Shown here: positions 31,861-44,811 of the stretch, piece after piece
Numbering within the stretch: the stretch's first letter is position 1
How the letters are laid out: each line of letters starts with the position of its first letter
Assembly: GCA_030390025.1 (NCBI GenBank)
Contig: CM059431.1
Coordinates: 154,692,001 to 154,756,000, forward strand
Direction of reading: 5' to 3'
Length of the DNA: 64,000 nucleotides
DNA from: Squalus acanthias
Lineage: Eukaryota
Notes under the pieces: generated by a model
The model's database searches: none
Seen by the model: the letters and a program-made list of their open reading frames with translations, nothing else
Told to the model about the DNA's origin: nothing
Made by a program: the position numbers and the translations under genes

Positions 31861-34225
31861 AAATGCTGGAAATGCTCAGAAGGTCAATGATGCCTTCGTT
31901 AGAACCGGATAAAGCTGGAGATGGAACAAGCTTTTAAGCAAATGTAGGGGCAGGGAAAGGGCGGAGTGGAGGAAAGAACAAAAGGGAATCTCTGTGATAG
32001 GATGGAAGGCAGGAGAGATTAAGAGACGAAAGGGATGATGCTGCAAGGCAAAAGGATATGGTAATGGGACAAGTTAAGAAACAAATGATGAAGTGTAAAT
32101 GGCACTGGTAGAAAGAAAGACAGCTGTCATGTGAGAGAGAGAAATTCAATGGAAAAGAAAGATAGGGGCAGTGGTTATGTTCTGAGATGTTGAGTCCAGA
32201 AGGCAACCACAGTAGCGGAGAATCCTCACTTGAGGAAAAAAAGATATGTTGGAAGCACTAGTGTGGAAGGTGGCATCGTCGGAGCAGATGCAGCGGAGAC
32301 AGAGAAACTTTGATAATGGAATAGTGTCCTTCCAGGAAGCGGGGTGGGAGGAAGTGTAGTCTAAGAAGCTGTCGGGGTCAGTGGGCTTGGACTGAAAGTC
32401 TGTCAATAGCCTATCCCTAGAGATGGAGAAAGAAAAGTCGATGAAGGGAACTGAAGAGCCGGAGATGGAACATGTTGAATGTGAGGGATACTTGGAAATT
32501 GGAAGCAAAGTGAATGACATTTTCTAGTTCAGGGCGAGAGCATGAAACAGCACCGATACAGTCCTCAATGTACCGGAAAATGAGGTGAGGGAAGGGGCAT
32601 GAGTAGGAATGGACCAAATAACTTTCCACATATCCCATGAAAAGTTAAGCATAGCTAGGAACCATGCGGGTTCCCAAAGCAACACCTTTAATTTGGAGGA
32701 AGTGAGTAGAATCCAAGGAGAAGTTTTTCGACATGAGAACAAGTTCAGCCAGGTGGAGGAGGGTGGTGTGGATGGGGAATGTTTGGGCCTCTGTTCAAGG
32801 AACAAGCGGAGCGCGCTCAGGTCATCCTGGTGGGGAATGGAGGTGTTAAGGAATTGTACGTACATAGTGAAATGTAAACGGTTGGGGCCAGGAAACAGGA
32901 AACTGTTAAAGTGGCAGAGGGCTTCGGAAGAGTTTCGGATGTAGGTGGGAAGAGACTGGACAAGGGGAGAAAAAATAGTGTCGAGATAGGATGAGATAAG
33001 CTCCTTGGGGCAAGAACATGCTGAAATGATTGGTCTACCATGGCAGTCCTGTGTGTCGATCTTGGGAAGGAGGTAGAAGCGGGCTGTGCGGGGTTGGGGA
33101 TCAATGAGTTTGGCGGCTGTGGAGGAAAGATCTCCAGAGGAGATTAGGTCAGTGACGGTCTTGCAAACGTTTGCTTGATGTTCGGTAGTGGGGTCACGGT
33201 CCAGGCAGAGGTAGGAGGAGGTGCCGGAGAGTTGGCGTTGAACCTCCGCTAGGTAGAGGTCAGTTCGCAAAACAAAAACAGCACCACCCTTGTCTGCAGG
33301 TTTAATGACAATTTTGGGGATGGATCTGAGAGAATGGAGTGCTGCAAGTTCACATGGAGGTAGGTTGGAGTGAGTGAGGGGTAGAAAGAAATTGAGACGG
33401 CCGATGTCACGCCGACGGTTTGCAATGAAAAGAACTAGAGAGTTTAAGAGGCCAGAGGGAGAGATCCAGGCAGAAGGATAATTCTGAAAAGGGGAGAAAG
33501 GGTCAGCCGTGCGGGGGGAAGTTCCTGGCCAAAGAAGTGGGCATGGAGACGAAGGCGGCGGAAAAAGTGCTCAGCATCGTGCCGAGCTCGAAATTCATTG
33601 AGAAGGGGCGTAAGGGGATGAAGCTCATGCATTTGCTAAGGACTGATCGTTCGGTGTCAGACAGCGGAAGGTCAGAGTTGATAGTGTAACCACAGCAGGG
33701 GTTGAGATTGGAAGAAGTGCTGGGGTCAGACAAAAGTGAAGGGTAAGAAGGTTCCGGAGGGGTGTTGGTGTCCAAGAGTTGTTGAAGCTTGCGATCCTTG
33801 ACACCTGAAAGTAAGAAAAAACTTTTTTTGCAAAAGCGCCGAATGAGGCCAAGGATGAAATGGAAGTGAGGTCCAGATAGCTTTGAGATAGAGTGAGGCA
33901 TTGCTGCTGAAGAACCTGATCGAGAGTGTTCATTTGGCGGCGCATGGAATTCAGCATGGATCTCAGGATAGGGCAAGAGCAGTGTTTCGAGGAACGCTGA
34001 CTATCATGGAGGTATCTGTAGTCCTGTGTGGATCCAAAACACGAAGGGTGGAATTTTAGTTGGAATACACATGGAGTAAGTCGGAGGCGGAGAAAGTTGC
34101 TGAGGAAAGATATGTGGCTGTGAAAAAGGAGACAGAAAGCAATGAAGATGATCAAGATAAAAGAGACAAACGGATATCTCGCCGGAGAGTAGAGCAGAAC
34201 TTCTTCAATTGGGCATTCTTAGAAG
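31861..34225 (-). mobile_element. Decayed Penelope-like retroelement (RT present; GIY-YIG region apparently deleted)
   Basis: ADKGGA..RTDLYLAEVQRQL, PRTARFYLLPKI, GRPIIS, FRYIED, KPTDPDSFLDYTSSHP; 3' pseudo-LTR segment at 31861-32205. Confidence 0.88.
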
Positions 34226-34234
34226 ATTTATCTT

Positions 34235-34530
34235 CTTAAAAAGCTTATGCCTAGTAAAAAAAATAAAAATTCACTCATTTATATTTTAAAAATACTTTTA
34301 AAAAATGTAAGTTTATTTTTAGCCCGGTAAAAAAATTATTTAAAAAATATTTAATTTATTGTAATTTCAACTCATTTTAAAAACGTGATTTAAAAAAAAT
34401 ATTTAAAGTTTTGACTGTGCTTTTGGGATGATCGTCATTCATACATTTGACAGATCTATCTGTCAAGTGTATGAAGGGAGGTTTACTTCCATTGGACCCC
34501 ATGGCCCACGTGATCCCAGGGACGCTTGGA
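34235..34530 (-). mobile_element. Partial copy of the GGCC-MITE family
   Basis: AT-rich core plus catggcccacgtgatcccag motif shared with 54414..55150. Confidence 0.65.
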
Positions 34531-35109
34531 AATACATGCAAAAACGAGAATGGAATCAAAGAGAATCATTTGGCATGTCAAAATCAAATGATGTCAAGAG
34601 GTTGTGGTTGAAATTGTGGAAGGATTCGCAGGATAATTAACATCGTGACAGGGTCCCATACAACACTGCTTCCATGTCCATAACCATCTCTTATACCAGC
34701 CCATAGGGTGGTTAGGTTCTCGAGGTCTGGACGGTTTTTAGGGTTCCTTTGACTGATACGATGAAGAGGTGTGGGGCAATGTACAGCCACTAGAGGTGAG
34801 TTTCCCGCTGGTTATTACCGCAGAATTCAGTATTGGAGCTTAGGTTTCAGCTCGGTGCGATCAGGGTTCGCACCCTGGCCCTTGTCACTCAGATGCGAGA
34901 ATGTTGCTACGATGTCAAAGTCCAGAAGTGAAGAGGTTTTATTAATAGAGGTGGGCAGATCGAATTAATTCACAATTTTAAAGGAGTGCATTCTGTCCTA
35001 TTTGTTTAGATATTATTTGTGATACATAATAACAAAGCTATTAACAATGTAGGTTGCAGATAAGTGGAGTTCACTGATGCTTTGCGATTTCTTGGCTGGG
35101 AGCTGGACA

Positions 35110-35811
35110 ATGATTTTTGGAGGCGCTGGTTGGAGTCTGCCCACGTGCCGAGTCCTGGAATCAGGAAAAATCTACGAACTTACCTGAGTCCCGGGACGCA
35201 AACACTTCCGATCCTGGGCCTCTCCAAACTCCAAGTTCGCAGGGCTCACGTATCCCCGAGGCGCATGTAGTTCGCAGCGTCTTTGGGATCAGTGGGCCAT
35301 GGGGAGCCAATCAAAGAAGGGAATCTCCCTCAAATGACTTGACAGGAAGACCTGTCAAATATATGAATGGAGGTCACCCCAAAAACATAGTAACATTTTA
35401 AATATTTTTTTTTTTAAATCACATTTTTAAAATGACTTGAACTTACAATAAATTAAATATTTTATACAAAAAATAATAATTTTTGAAAAGAAAATTAAGT
35501 TTTTCACGGGGCTAAAAGTAAACTAACCTTTTTTAAATTAATTTTAAATGATAAATCAGGCCTTACGCCTGCTTTTACAAGGCGTAAGAATTGCAAGGGT
35601 TTTCTGCGGGCGGAGGGTCTCAAAAAGCGGAACTATCCGCCCGCAGTGGCCCTTCTCCAGGGCAGCCGGAGGATCTGTCAATAGCATTCTTGACAGATGG
35701 TAATGCCGGTTTTCAGCGCATGCGCTGTGCATGCCTGAAACCGGCATTTCGATGTCCCTACGGGTGGGTACACAGCGCGTACCCACCCGTCGGGATCGGA
35801 ATATCTGGGCC
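35110..35811 (+). mobile_element. GGCC-MITE copy (left end unclear)
   Basis: Right end GGAATATCTGGGCC followed by AAT; internal hairpin acgggtgggtac-acagcgc-gtacccacccgt. Confidence 0.8.
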
Positions 35812-36169
35812 AATATATTACAAAGACATCTAATGCAAAATTAATTTAAAACAATGTTAAAATGGACGGCGTTTTCAAGTGAATGCTGATTTAATTACGC
35901 AAGAGAGGTATTCAAGATCACTTGATCAGAATGTGCTCACTCCTGACTGAGTGCTGGACAGCTCAGCACACAAGTAAAGTGTAAACAAACTAATGCTTGC
36001 GACATCCCGCAGGGCTGACAGAGAGAGAGACAGGTGTCACAGGTGGAACGTCTTCCGAAGTATTCCAAACTTTCCAGTGGATGTCGACTGCAGGTCTGTG
36101 AGTTCGATGGTAAAGTGACATAGGGCTGAGTTCTCGTCGATAATATTGTGTCAAATTGGAGCTATTTGC

Positions 36170-36330
36170 TTACACTACATGCAGTACCGAGGGACAGCAG
36201 CACAGTCCGAGCTGTCGTCTTTCGGATAAGGCGTTAAACCGAAGCCCTGCCAGCCCGCTCATGTAGATGTAAACGATCCCACGGCACTTTTTAAAAGAAG
36301 AGCATGGAAGTTCCCCGTGTCCTGGCCAGT
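36170..36330 (+). mobile_element. DeuSINE (SacSINE1/AmnSINE1-like) central Deu domain
   Basis: gtctttcggataaggcgttaaaccgaag...gatcccacggcactttt...gtgtcctggcca matches the Deu-domain consensus as recalled. Confidence 0.65.
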
Positions 36331-36699
36331 AATCCTACAATGCCGCACTGGAGTAACAGCCTCGATATTGTATTCAATCTCAGCAGCGGCCCTAAATGTA
36401 CATGTATGCACCTTTATGTATTTTTTTCCGCGCCAGTCAAAACTTCAGTCTAACACGAAATGGCCATGCTCTAACTGATGCAGAACCTCGTGCAATTCCT
36501 CTGCAGAATGTTATTTAGTGTGAGCATGCATAGCGTGCATGTTCTGCTGTTATAGCGAGTGGCAGCAAACTTCAGACGTTAGATTCTGAAAAGAAAGTCA
36601 TTCATTTGCTCTTTTAAGCAAGAGCCAGAAGATGGTGATTGGTAGTGAGAGGCCTGGCTCATTGACATATCCTGTACACAAGGCATGCTTTTGCAAATT

Positions 36700-39600
36700 A
36701 TAAGAACATAAGAACATAAGAACATAAGAAATAGGAGCAGGAGTAGGCCAATCGGCCCCTCGAGCCTGCTCCGCCATTCAATAAGATCATGGCTGATCTG
36801 ATCCTAACCGCCAATCTACTATCTATCACATAGAAACATAGAAACATAGAAAATAGGTACAGGAGTAGACCATTCGGTCCTTCGAGCCTGCACCGCCATT
36901 CAATGCGTTCATGGCTGAACATGCTACCTCAGTACCCCATTCCTGCTTTCTCGCCATACCCCTTGATCCCCTTAGTTGTGAGTGTTATATCTAACTCCCT
37001 TTTGAATATATTTAGCGAACTGGCCTCAACAACCTTCTGTGGAAGAGAATTCCATAGATTCACCAGTCTCTGGGTGAAGAAGTTCCTCCTCAGCTCAGTC
37101 CTAAATGGCTTCCCCTTAATCCTTAGACTGTGACCCCTGGTTCTAGTTTTCCCTACCATTGGGAACATTCTGCCCGCATCTAATTTGTCTAAACCAGTCA
37201 GGATTTTAAATGTCTCTATAAGATCCCCCCTCATTCTTCTGAACTCCAGAGGATACAAGTTCAGTTGACCCAATCTTTCTTGATATGTCAGTCCGGCCAT
37301 CCCAGGAATCAATCTAGTGAACCTTCGCTGCACTCCCTCAATAGCAAGAATGTCCTTCCTTAAGTTAGGAGACCAAAACTGCGCACAATACTCCAGGTGT
37401 GGCCTCACCAAGGCCCTGTACAACTGTAGCATCACCTCCCTACTCCTGTACTCAAATCCCCTTGCTATGAAGGCCATCATTCCGTTTGCTTTCTTGACTG
37501 CCTGCTGCACTTGCATTCCCACCTTCAGTGACTGATGTACCATGACGCCCAGGTCTCGTTGCACCTCCCCTTTCCCTAATCTGCCACCATTCAGGTAATA
37601 GTCCGCCTCTCTATTTTTACCACCAAAGTGGATAACCTCACATTTATCCACATTGTACTTCATCTGCCATACATTTGCCCATTCACCCAACCTGTCCAAG
37701 TCACTCTGTAGCCTCCTAGCATCCTCCTCATTGTTCACACTGCCTCCCAATTTAGTGTCATCCGCAAATTTGGAGATATTACATTTAATCCCTTCGTCCA
37801 AATCATTAATATATAATGTAAACAGCTGGGGTCCCAGCACCGAACCCTGCGGTACCCCGCTGGTCACTGCCTGCCATTCTGAAAAGTACCCATTTACTCC
37901 TACTCTTTGTTTCCTGTGTGCCAACCAGTTCTCAATCCACGTCAACACATTACCCCCAATCCCATGTGCTTTAACTTTGCTCACCAATCTCTTGTGTGGG
38001 ACCTTGTCGAAGGCCTTCTGAAAGTCCAAATACACCACATCTACTGGTTCCCCCCTGTCCACCCTATTGGAAACATCCTCAAAAAATTCCAGAAGATTTG
38101 TCAAGCATGATTTCCCTTTCACAAATCCATGCTGACTTGGACCTATCATGTCGCCACTTTCCAAATGGTCTGTTATGACATCTTTAATAATTGCTTCCAT
38201 CATTTTACCCACGACCGATGTCAGGCTGACCGGTCTATAATTCCCTGCTTTCTCCCTCCCTCCTTTTTTTAAAAGAGGGGTTACATTGGCCACCCTCCAC
38301 TCCATCGGAACTGATCCAGAGTCTAAGGAATGTTGGAAAATGATCGTCAATGCATCCACTATTTCCAAGGCCACCTCCTTAAGTACTCTGGGATGCAGAC
38401 CATCAGGCCCCGGGGATTTTTCAGCCTTCAGTCCCATCAATTTCCCCAATACCTTTTCACAGAACCATCTCCTGCATCTAACAGAATTGAACACACGAAA
38501 TAGGAGCAGAATCAGGCTACACAGTCCCTGGGCCCGCTCCACTACCCACAGGGCCATGACCGATCCGAACCTAGACTCATGTCCAAATTCCTGCCCGCTC
38601 CCCGTAACCCTTAATGCCCTTTACTTCTAGGAAACTGTCTATTTCTATTTTAAATTTAATTAATGTTGTAGCTTCTACAGCTTTTTGTGGCAGCATATTC
38701 CATGGACCTACCACCCTCTGAGTGAAGTAGTTCCTCCTCATCTCAGTTTTGAAAGAGCAGCCCCTTATTCTAAGACTATGTCCCCTAGTTCTCGTCTCAC
38801 CCGTCATCGGGAACATCCTCCCCGCATCCACCCGATCCAACCCCTTCACAATCTTATATGTTTCAATAAGATCGCCTCTCATTCTTCTGAACTCCAATGA
38901 GTAGAGTCCCAATCTACCCAACCTCTCCTCATATGACCACCCCCTCATCCCCGGGATTAACCGAGTGAACCTTTTTTGCACTGCCTCGAGAGCAAGGATG
39001 TCTTTCCTTAAGTAAGGACACCAAAACTGTATGCTGTATTCCAGGTGCGGTCTCACCAATACCTTGTACAACTGAAGCAATACCTCCCTATTTTTATATT
39101 CTATCCCCCTAGCAATGAAAGCCAACATTCCATTTGCCTACTTAATCACTTGCTGCACCTGCATACTAACCTTTTGAGTTTCGTGCACCAGGACCCCCAG
39201 ATCCCTTTGCACTTCAGTACTCTCCAGTTTCTTGCCATTAAGATAATAAATTGCTCTAGGATTTTTCCTGCCAAAGTGCATCACCTCACACTTTCCAGTG
39301 TTGTATTCCATCTGCCAAATCTCTGCCCACTTACTTAGCCTGTCTATGTCCCCTTGCAGGTTTTTTATGTCCTCCTCACTCACTACTTTCCCTCCCATCT
39401 TTGTATCATCTGCAAATTTTGATATGTTACACTTGGTCCCTTCCTCCAAATCGTTAATATAGATTGTGAAGAGTTGGGGACCCAGCACTGACCCCTGTGG
39501 AACACCACTAGTTACTGATTGCCAGTCTGAGAATGAACCATTTATCCCAACTCTTTGCTTTCTGTTAGATAGCCAATCCTCTATCCATGCCAGAATATTA

Positions 39601-39905
39601 CCCCCAATCCCGTGATTTTTTACCTTAAGCAATAATCTTTTGTGTGGCACCTTGTCAAATGCCTTTTGGAAGTCTAAATACACTACGTCCACTGGTTCCC
39701 CTTTATCCACTCTATATGTTACTTCCTCAAAGAACTCCAGCAAATTTGTCAAACATGACTTCCCCTTCGTAAAACCATGCTGACTTTGTCCTATTAAATT
39801 ATGATTATCCAAATGTCCTGTTACTGTTTCCTTAATAATGGACTCCAAAATTTTACCTACCACAGATGTTAGGCTAACCGGTCTATAGTTACCAGCCTTC
39901 TGTCT
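36700..39905 (-). mobile_element. Young 5'-truncated CR1 (subfamily X) with (TATGTTCT)n tail, interrupted in its 3'UTR by another CR1
   Basis: ORFs 39138..39863 and 38577..39128 are separated by a single TAG; the 3'UTR continues at 36700-36830. Confidence 0.93.
36831..38456 (-). mobile_element. Young 5'-truncated CR1 with an open RT frame, (TATGTTTC)n tail, TSD TCACA
   Basis: ORF 36929..38557 (its N-terminal ~33 aa are host 3'UTR). TCACA at 36826-36830 and 38457-38461; the empty site is visible in the copy at ~45640. Confidence 0.95.
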
Positions 39906-39939
39906 ACTGCGCAGCTATCAACTGGCGATCAGCTAACGC

Positions 39940-42900
39940 TGCATATCCCAGGGTACTCTGACCTTCTCAAGGCCCAATGGCGTTGGGTATTCTGATATTC
40001 GACAGCTTCATATGCCAGGATACTCAGATTGTCTCATTATCCGAATAGACCAGAATACACTGCGGACTACAGATCCAATAGCCCAGGATACTCTGACCCA
40101 CTATTTGACTATAACCCAGGTTAATTTAACCCTCTGCAAAGCGCAGTAGCCTTGGTTAGTTTGACCCTCTGCATAGCCTTAAAGCTCAGAGTACTCTGAC
40201 TATCTTTACAACCCTTGGTAATCTGAATCATTACACGCACAATTGCACAGTTACTCGAACCCTCAATACCTGAGGGTACTCTGACCCTCTGAAGGCCCAA
40301 TAGCCCAGGATACACCGGACTTCTGTATAGCCCTTGCAAAACTGACCCTCTGCAAGCCCTAAATACGATGGTATGCTGTCCATCTAAATGCCCAGTAGCC
40401 CAGAATACTCTGAATCTCTGTATAGCCAAGGGAACTATGACCCTCTGCAAAGCACAGAGTACACTGAGACTCTGTCGGCCATAACGGACAGGACACGTTG
40501 TCCATTCACAGGCCAAATACCCAGGGTAATCTGACACTCTATATGGCCCGTGGTAATCTGGTCCTCGACCGGCCCAATAAACCTATGTATCTAACCCTCT
40601 GTATTGCCGGGTTATTCTGTCCCTCTGCATAACCCTGGGTAATCTGACACTCTGCCTGCCCAATAGCCCATGTTCTCTGACTCTCCAAAGGGGTAATAGG
40701 ACTGAATATTCTGACACTCTGTATCGCCCAGCGTCCTCTGACCCTGTACAGGCAATATATGCCAGGATACAGTGACGCTTGATCGGCCCAATTGCCCACA
40801 GTACTCTGACCCACTACCTGCTCAATCGTCCAGGTTACACTAACACTCCACATGCTCAATATCACAGGGTACTCTGGGCCTGTACAGACCCACTAGCCCA
40901 TAATACTCTAACATGCTGAAATGCCCATGGTATTCTGACACTCTGCATAGCCCAATATCCCGGGGTACTCCGATACTCTTTATAGCCCATGCTACTCTGA
41001 CACATTACACGCGCAATAACCCAACTATTCTTTCCCACTGCCGCCTCTGTAACTCAGGGTTCTTTGACCCACTACATGCCCAAAAGACCAGGGTTCACTT
41101 TACCTCTAGGGTCAAACAGCCCAGTTGCACTGACCCTCTACAGGCCAATAGCCCTGACTAATCTAACACTCTGTGTTAGCCTGGGTACTCTGACCCTCGG
41201 CAGGTCCAATTAAGAAGGTTACATTGACCCATTATAAGCCTAATTGCCCACGGTAATCTTCCCCTCAATTTGTTCAAAATCGCCCCGTGTGCCCTGAAGC
41301 TCCACAGGCCCGATAACACAGGGTATTATGACCCATTATGCAGCTCAGGTTATTTGACCCTCTACAGACCCACTAACCCAGCTTACTTTATCACTCTGAA
41401 CAGCGCATCGTATTCTGACACGCGTACCCCAAAAGCCTGAAGTTCTCTGAACCTCTTTAATACAGGTATTCCGCCATTATACATGTTCCACAGCCCAGGA
41501 TACTCTGAACCTCTGAACAGCCCAGGATACTCTGAACCTCTGAACAGCCCAGGTAATCTGACATTTTAGACGCTCAATAGCTCAGCTACTCTGACCCTCT
41601 GCAGGCTCAACAACTGAGGATTTTTTGACCCATTGTAGGTCCAATCGCACAGGGTACTCTTACCTTTCAGATGCCCAATAGCCTAGGATACTGTGAACCT
41701 CTGAATAGCCCAGGATACTATGGACCACTGAATAGCCCAGGATACCCTGCCTCTCCGAATAGACCAGAGGACACTGACTCGCTGCAGGCCCAATAGACCA
41801 GGGCAATTTGTCCTTTTCGAGGCCTAATAGCCCAGGCTACACTGACCATCTGCATAGCCCAGGTTAATCTGGTCCTCCCAATATCGCAGTTCACTCTGAC
41901 CAGCTGCAGAGTCTATGTTACTCTGAGCTTCTAAATTACCCTGGTTAATCTGACACTCTGCATGCACAATGTACTAGTTAATCTTACCCTCTACAGGCTT
42001 CATAGCCGAGGGTAATCTGGCACTCTGTGTAGCCCAGGGTACTCTGAAACTCTGTATAGCCAAGGGTACTCTGGCACTCTGTGTAGCCCAGGGTACTCTG
42101 ACACCCTGTGTAGTCTAGGATGCTATTACACTCTGTGTAGTTCAGGATACTATGACACTTTGTGTAACCTAGGGTATTCTGACGCTGTTTGTAGTCCAGT
42201 TCATTCTGACGCTCTATCGTCCGGTAATTTCACGGTGCACTTACCCTTTATAGCCCAAATTGCCCAGCGCACAGTTACCCTCTACCTGCTCATTCGCCCT
42301 GGTTACCCTGAGACACCACATTTCCACTATCTCAGGGTACACTGATCTTCAACAGACCAATTAGCCCAGGGTACTCTCACACTCTGAACAGCCCATGGGT
42401 TTCTGGCACTACATACCTCAAGAGCCCGAGTTATTCTGAAACTCATTCAAGCCCAGTTTACTCTGACACGTTAAACGTCCAACAGCTCAACTACTCTGAC
42501 CCTCTGCAGGCAGAATAGACCAGGGTAATCTGTACCTCTAAAAGCCCAATATCGCCGGGTACTCCTAACCTCCAGTGGCCCAATTGCTCAGGATATTCTG
42601 AACATCTGAATTGCCCTGGATACTCTGTCTCTCTGGTTATCCCAGGGGACACTCACACTCTGCAGGCCCAATAGCCCAGGATACGCTGTACCTGCAGGCC
42701 CAAAAGCACAATATACCGTAATCCTCTGCAAAACCCAGGGCATCCTGACCCACATGTTCCTCTGACACGATAGAGACGTAATAGCCCAGGGGACACAGAC
42801 CCCCCGCAGCCTCAATATCTCAGGGTATCCGGAACAGATAAAGACCGATCGACCAGGCGACTATGATCCCTACAGTCTCATTAGCCATGCGGACTCAGAT

Positions 42901-44420
42901 CCAACAGAGTTCCAGTAGTCCAGGCTACACTTTCCCTCTAACGTCCCATTAGCCCGGAGAAATCTGGCAATCTTTATATGACAGGTTAGTCTGACACTAT
43001 TTATGCACAAAATTACGGGGTACATGGACACTCCTCCGTCTCAATGTCCCAAGGTAATCTGGCCCATGACAGCCAATACCTCTTACAACCACTACAGGTC
43101 CAATAGCTCAAGGGCAATCTCCCCATCTGCGTAGCAGAGCGTACAGTCAGCCTCTACAGGCCCAATAGTCTTAGATTATTCTGACGCTCTGCATGCGCAA
43201 TAGCTCAGGCTAAACTAGCCCGCTGCAGACCCAATATCCTCATTACTCTAACCTTTTTCATAGCCCAGTGTCCTCTGACCATCTGCCGGCCCAATTTCTC
43301 AGGGTTTCTGACAAGCTCCGGGCCAATTGCTAAGAGACATTGATCCTCTCTATTGCCAAAGCTGCTCTAACCGTCTACAGGCCCAATAGCCCAGAGTATC
43401 CAATCCCCTATATAGCCGATTGTAATCTGACCATACACAGTCCCAATAACCCAGGTTACACAGAAACTCTTCAGTCCAAATCGCCCAAGAGAATCTGACA
43501 TCAGGCCCAATAGCCCAGGGTAATCTGTGCCTTTATATACCCCGGTAAACTCTTGTGCTTTAAGACCCAATAACCCTGGGTACGCTGACAGACCTAATAG
43601 TCCAGGGTACTGTACCGCTCTATCGGCGATATATCACAGCGTATGCTGACCACGTACACGCCCAATAGCCTGGCGTGTGCTGATCCTCTACAGGCCCATT
43701 TACTCAGGGAACACTGACCCTCGACATAGCCCAGAGTAATCTGACACGACATAGACCAGGAGACTCAAAACATCTACATACACAATAGCCCGTAGCCCAA
43801 AGTACTCTAGCCCTCTACAGGCACAATAAATCAGCGTACTGTGGTCCTTTGCGCATTCCAAGTTACTTGAATCCTCAAAATAGCCCGTATTCGCTGTCAC
43901 TCTAAAGACCCTATATAGCTCATGATATTCTGACCCTCTGTAGGTCCAATAGTGCAGGTTACTCTGAACCTATGCATAGCCCAAGGTAATCTTACCATTT
44001 CCAGGATAATTAGCCCACGGTACGCTAAACCTCTTTACAACCAAGGGTACTCTGAACATCGACAGGCCCAGTAGCTCAGGGTACTTTGAGCCTCTGCAGG
44101 CCGAGTAGCCCAGGGTACTCTCAGGTTCTGTGCATCCCCAGTTACTTTGACCTTCCGCAGGCCCAATATTGCAGAACGTCTGATTCTCCAAGTAGCCTAA
44201 GGTACTTTGACCTTTTGAAGGCCGAGTAGCCCAAGGTACTCTGAACTTCTGCCTAGCCCAGGATACTCTGACCCTCTACAGGCCCAATAGCCCAGGGTCC
44301 TCTGATCCTCTGCTTAGCTCAGTATTCTCTGAAACTCCAGAAGATCAACAGCCCAGGATACTATGACCCGCTGCTTACCTTAGGATACTGTGAACCTCGA
44401 CAGATCCAATAGCCGAAGGC
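39940..44420. repeat. Degenerate satellite/minisatellite with mixed 27-nt and 34-nt units (TAGCCCAGGGTACTCTGACCCTCT-GCA / -ACAGGCCCAA)
   Basis: Runs of 27-mers at ~41490-41550 and ~42000-42215; a 34-mer at 44254-44287. No long ORF. Confidence 0.93.
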
Positions 44421-44811
44421 AAAAGTAATCTATGCCTGCACAATTCAATGTTATCCTTTTGTTGCACTGTACAGATTTGGAGCTGATTAGAAAATACCTT
44501 GATATTGCTTATAATGTACAACTGCTTCGCTAGGAAGGCTCGAGTGATTCTCGCCTTAAAACCGATCTATGATCAATTAAAACGGTCTATGCTGATTTTG
44601 ATGCTCTCTTATGGATATTAGGCCATTATTTTTATTTTTATGTTAATATTTGGAAAATTTACAATATTTGAGACTGCATTGGAAATATCCTCAACACATT
44701 TTCTTTCAAACTGTGCATCCACATCCAAACGAGTAAGTACAATAACCAGATATTATTTGTCAGAAAATCTGGAGAATTGCATTCAAATGCATAGCATTTA
44801 CAGCACAATAA

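Noticed and set aside
39940..44420. CRISPR array or repetitive protein gene
   Set aside because: Units are contiguous and degenerate with no unique spacers, there are no cas genes, the context is eukaryotic, and all frames are frequently stopped.
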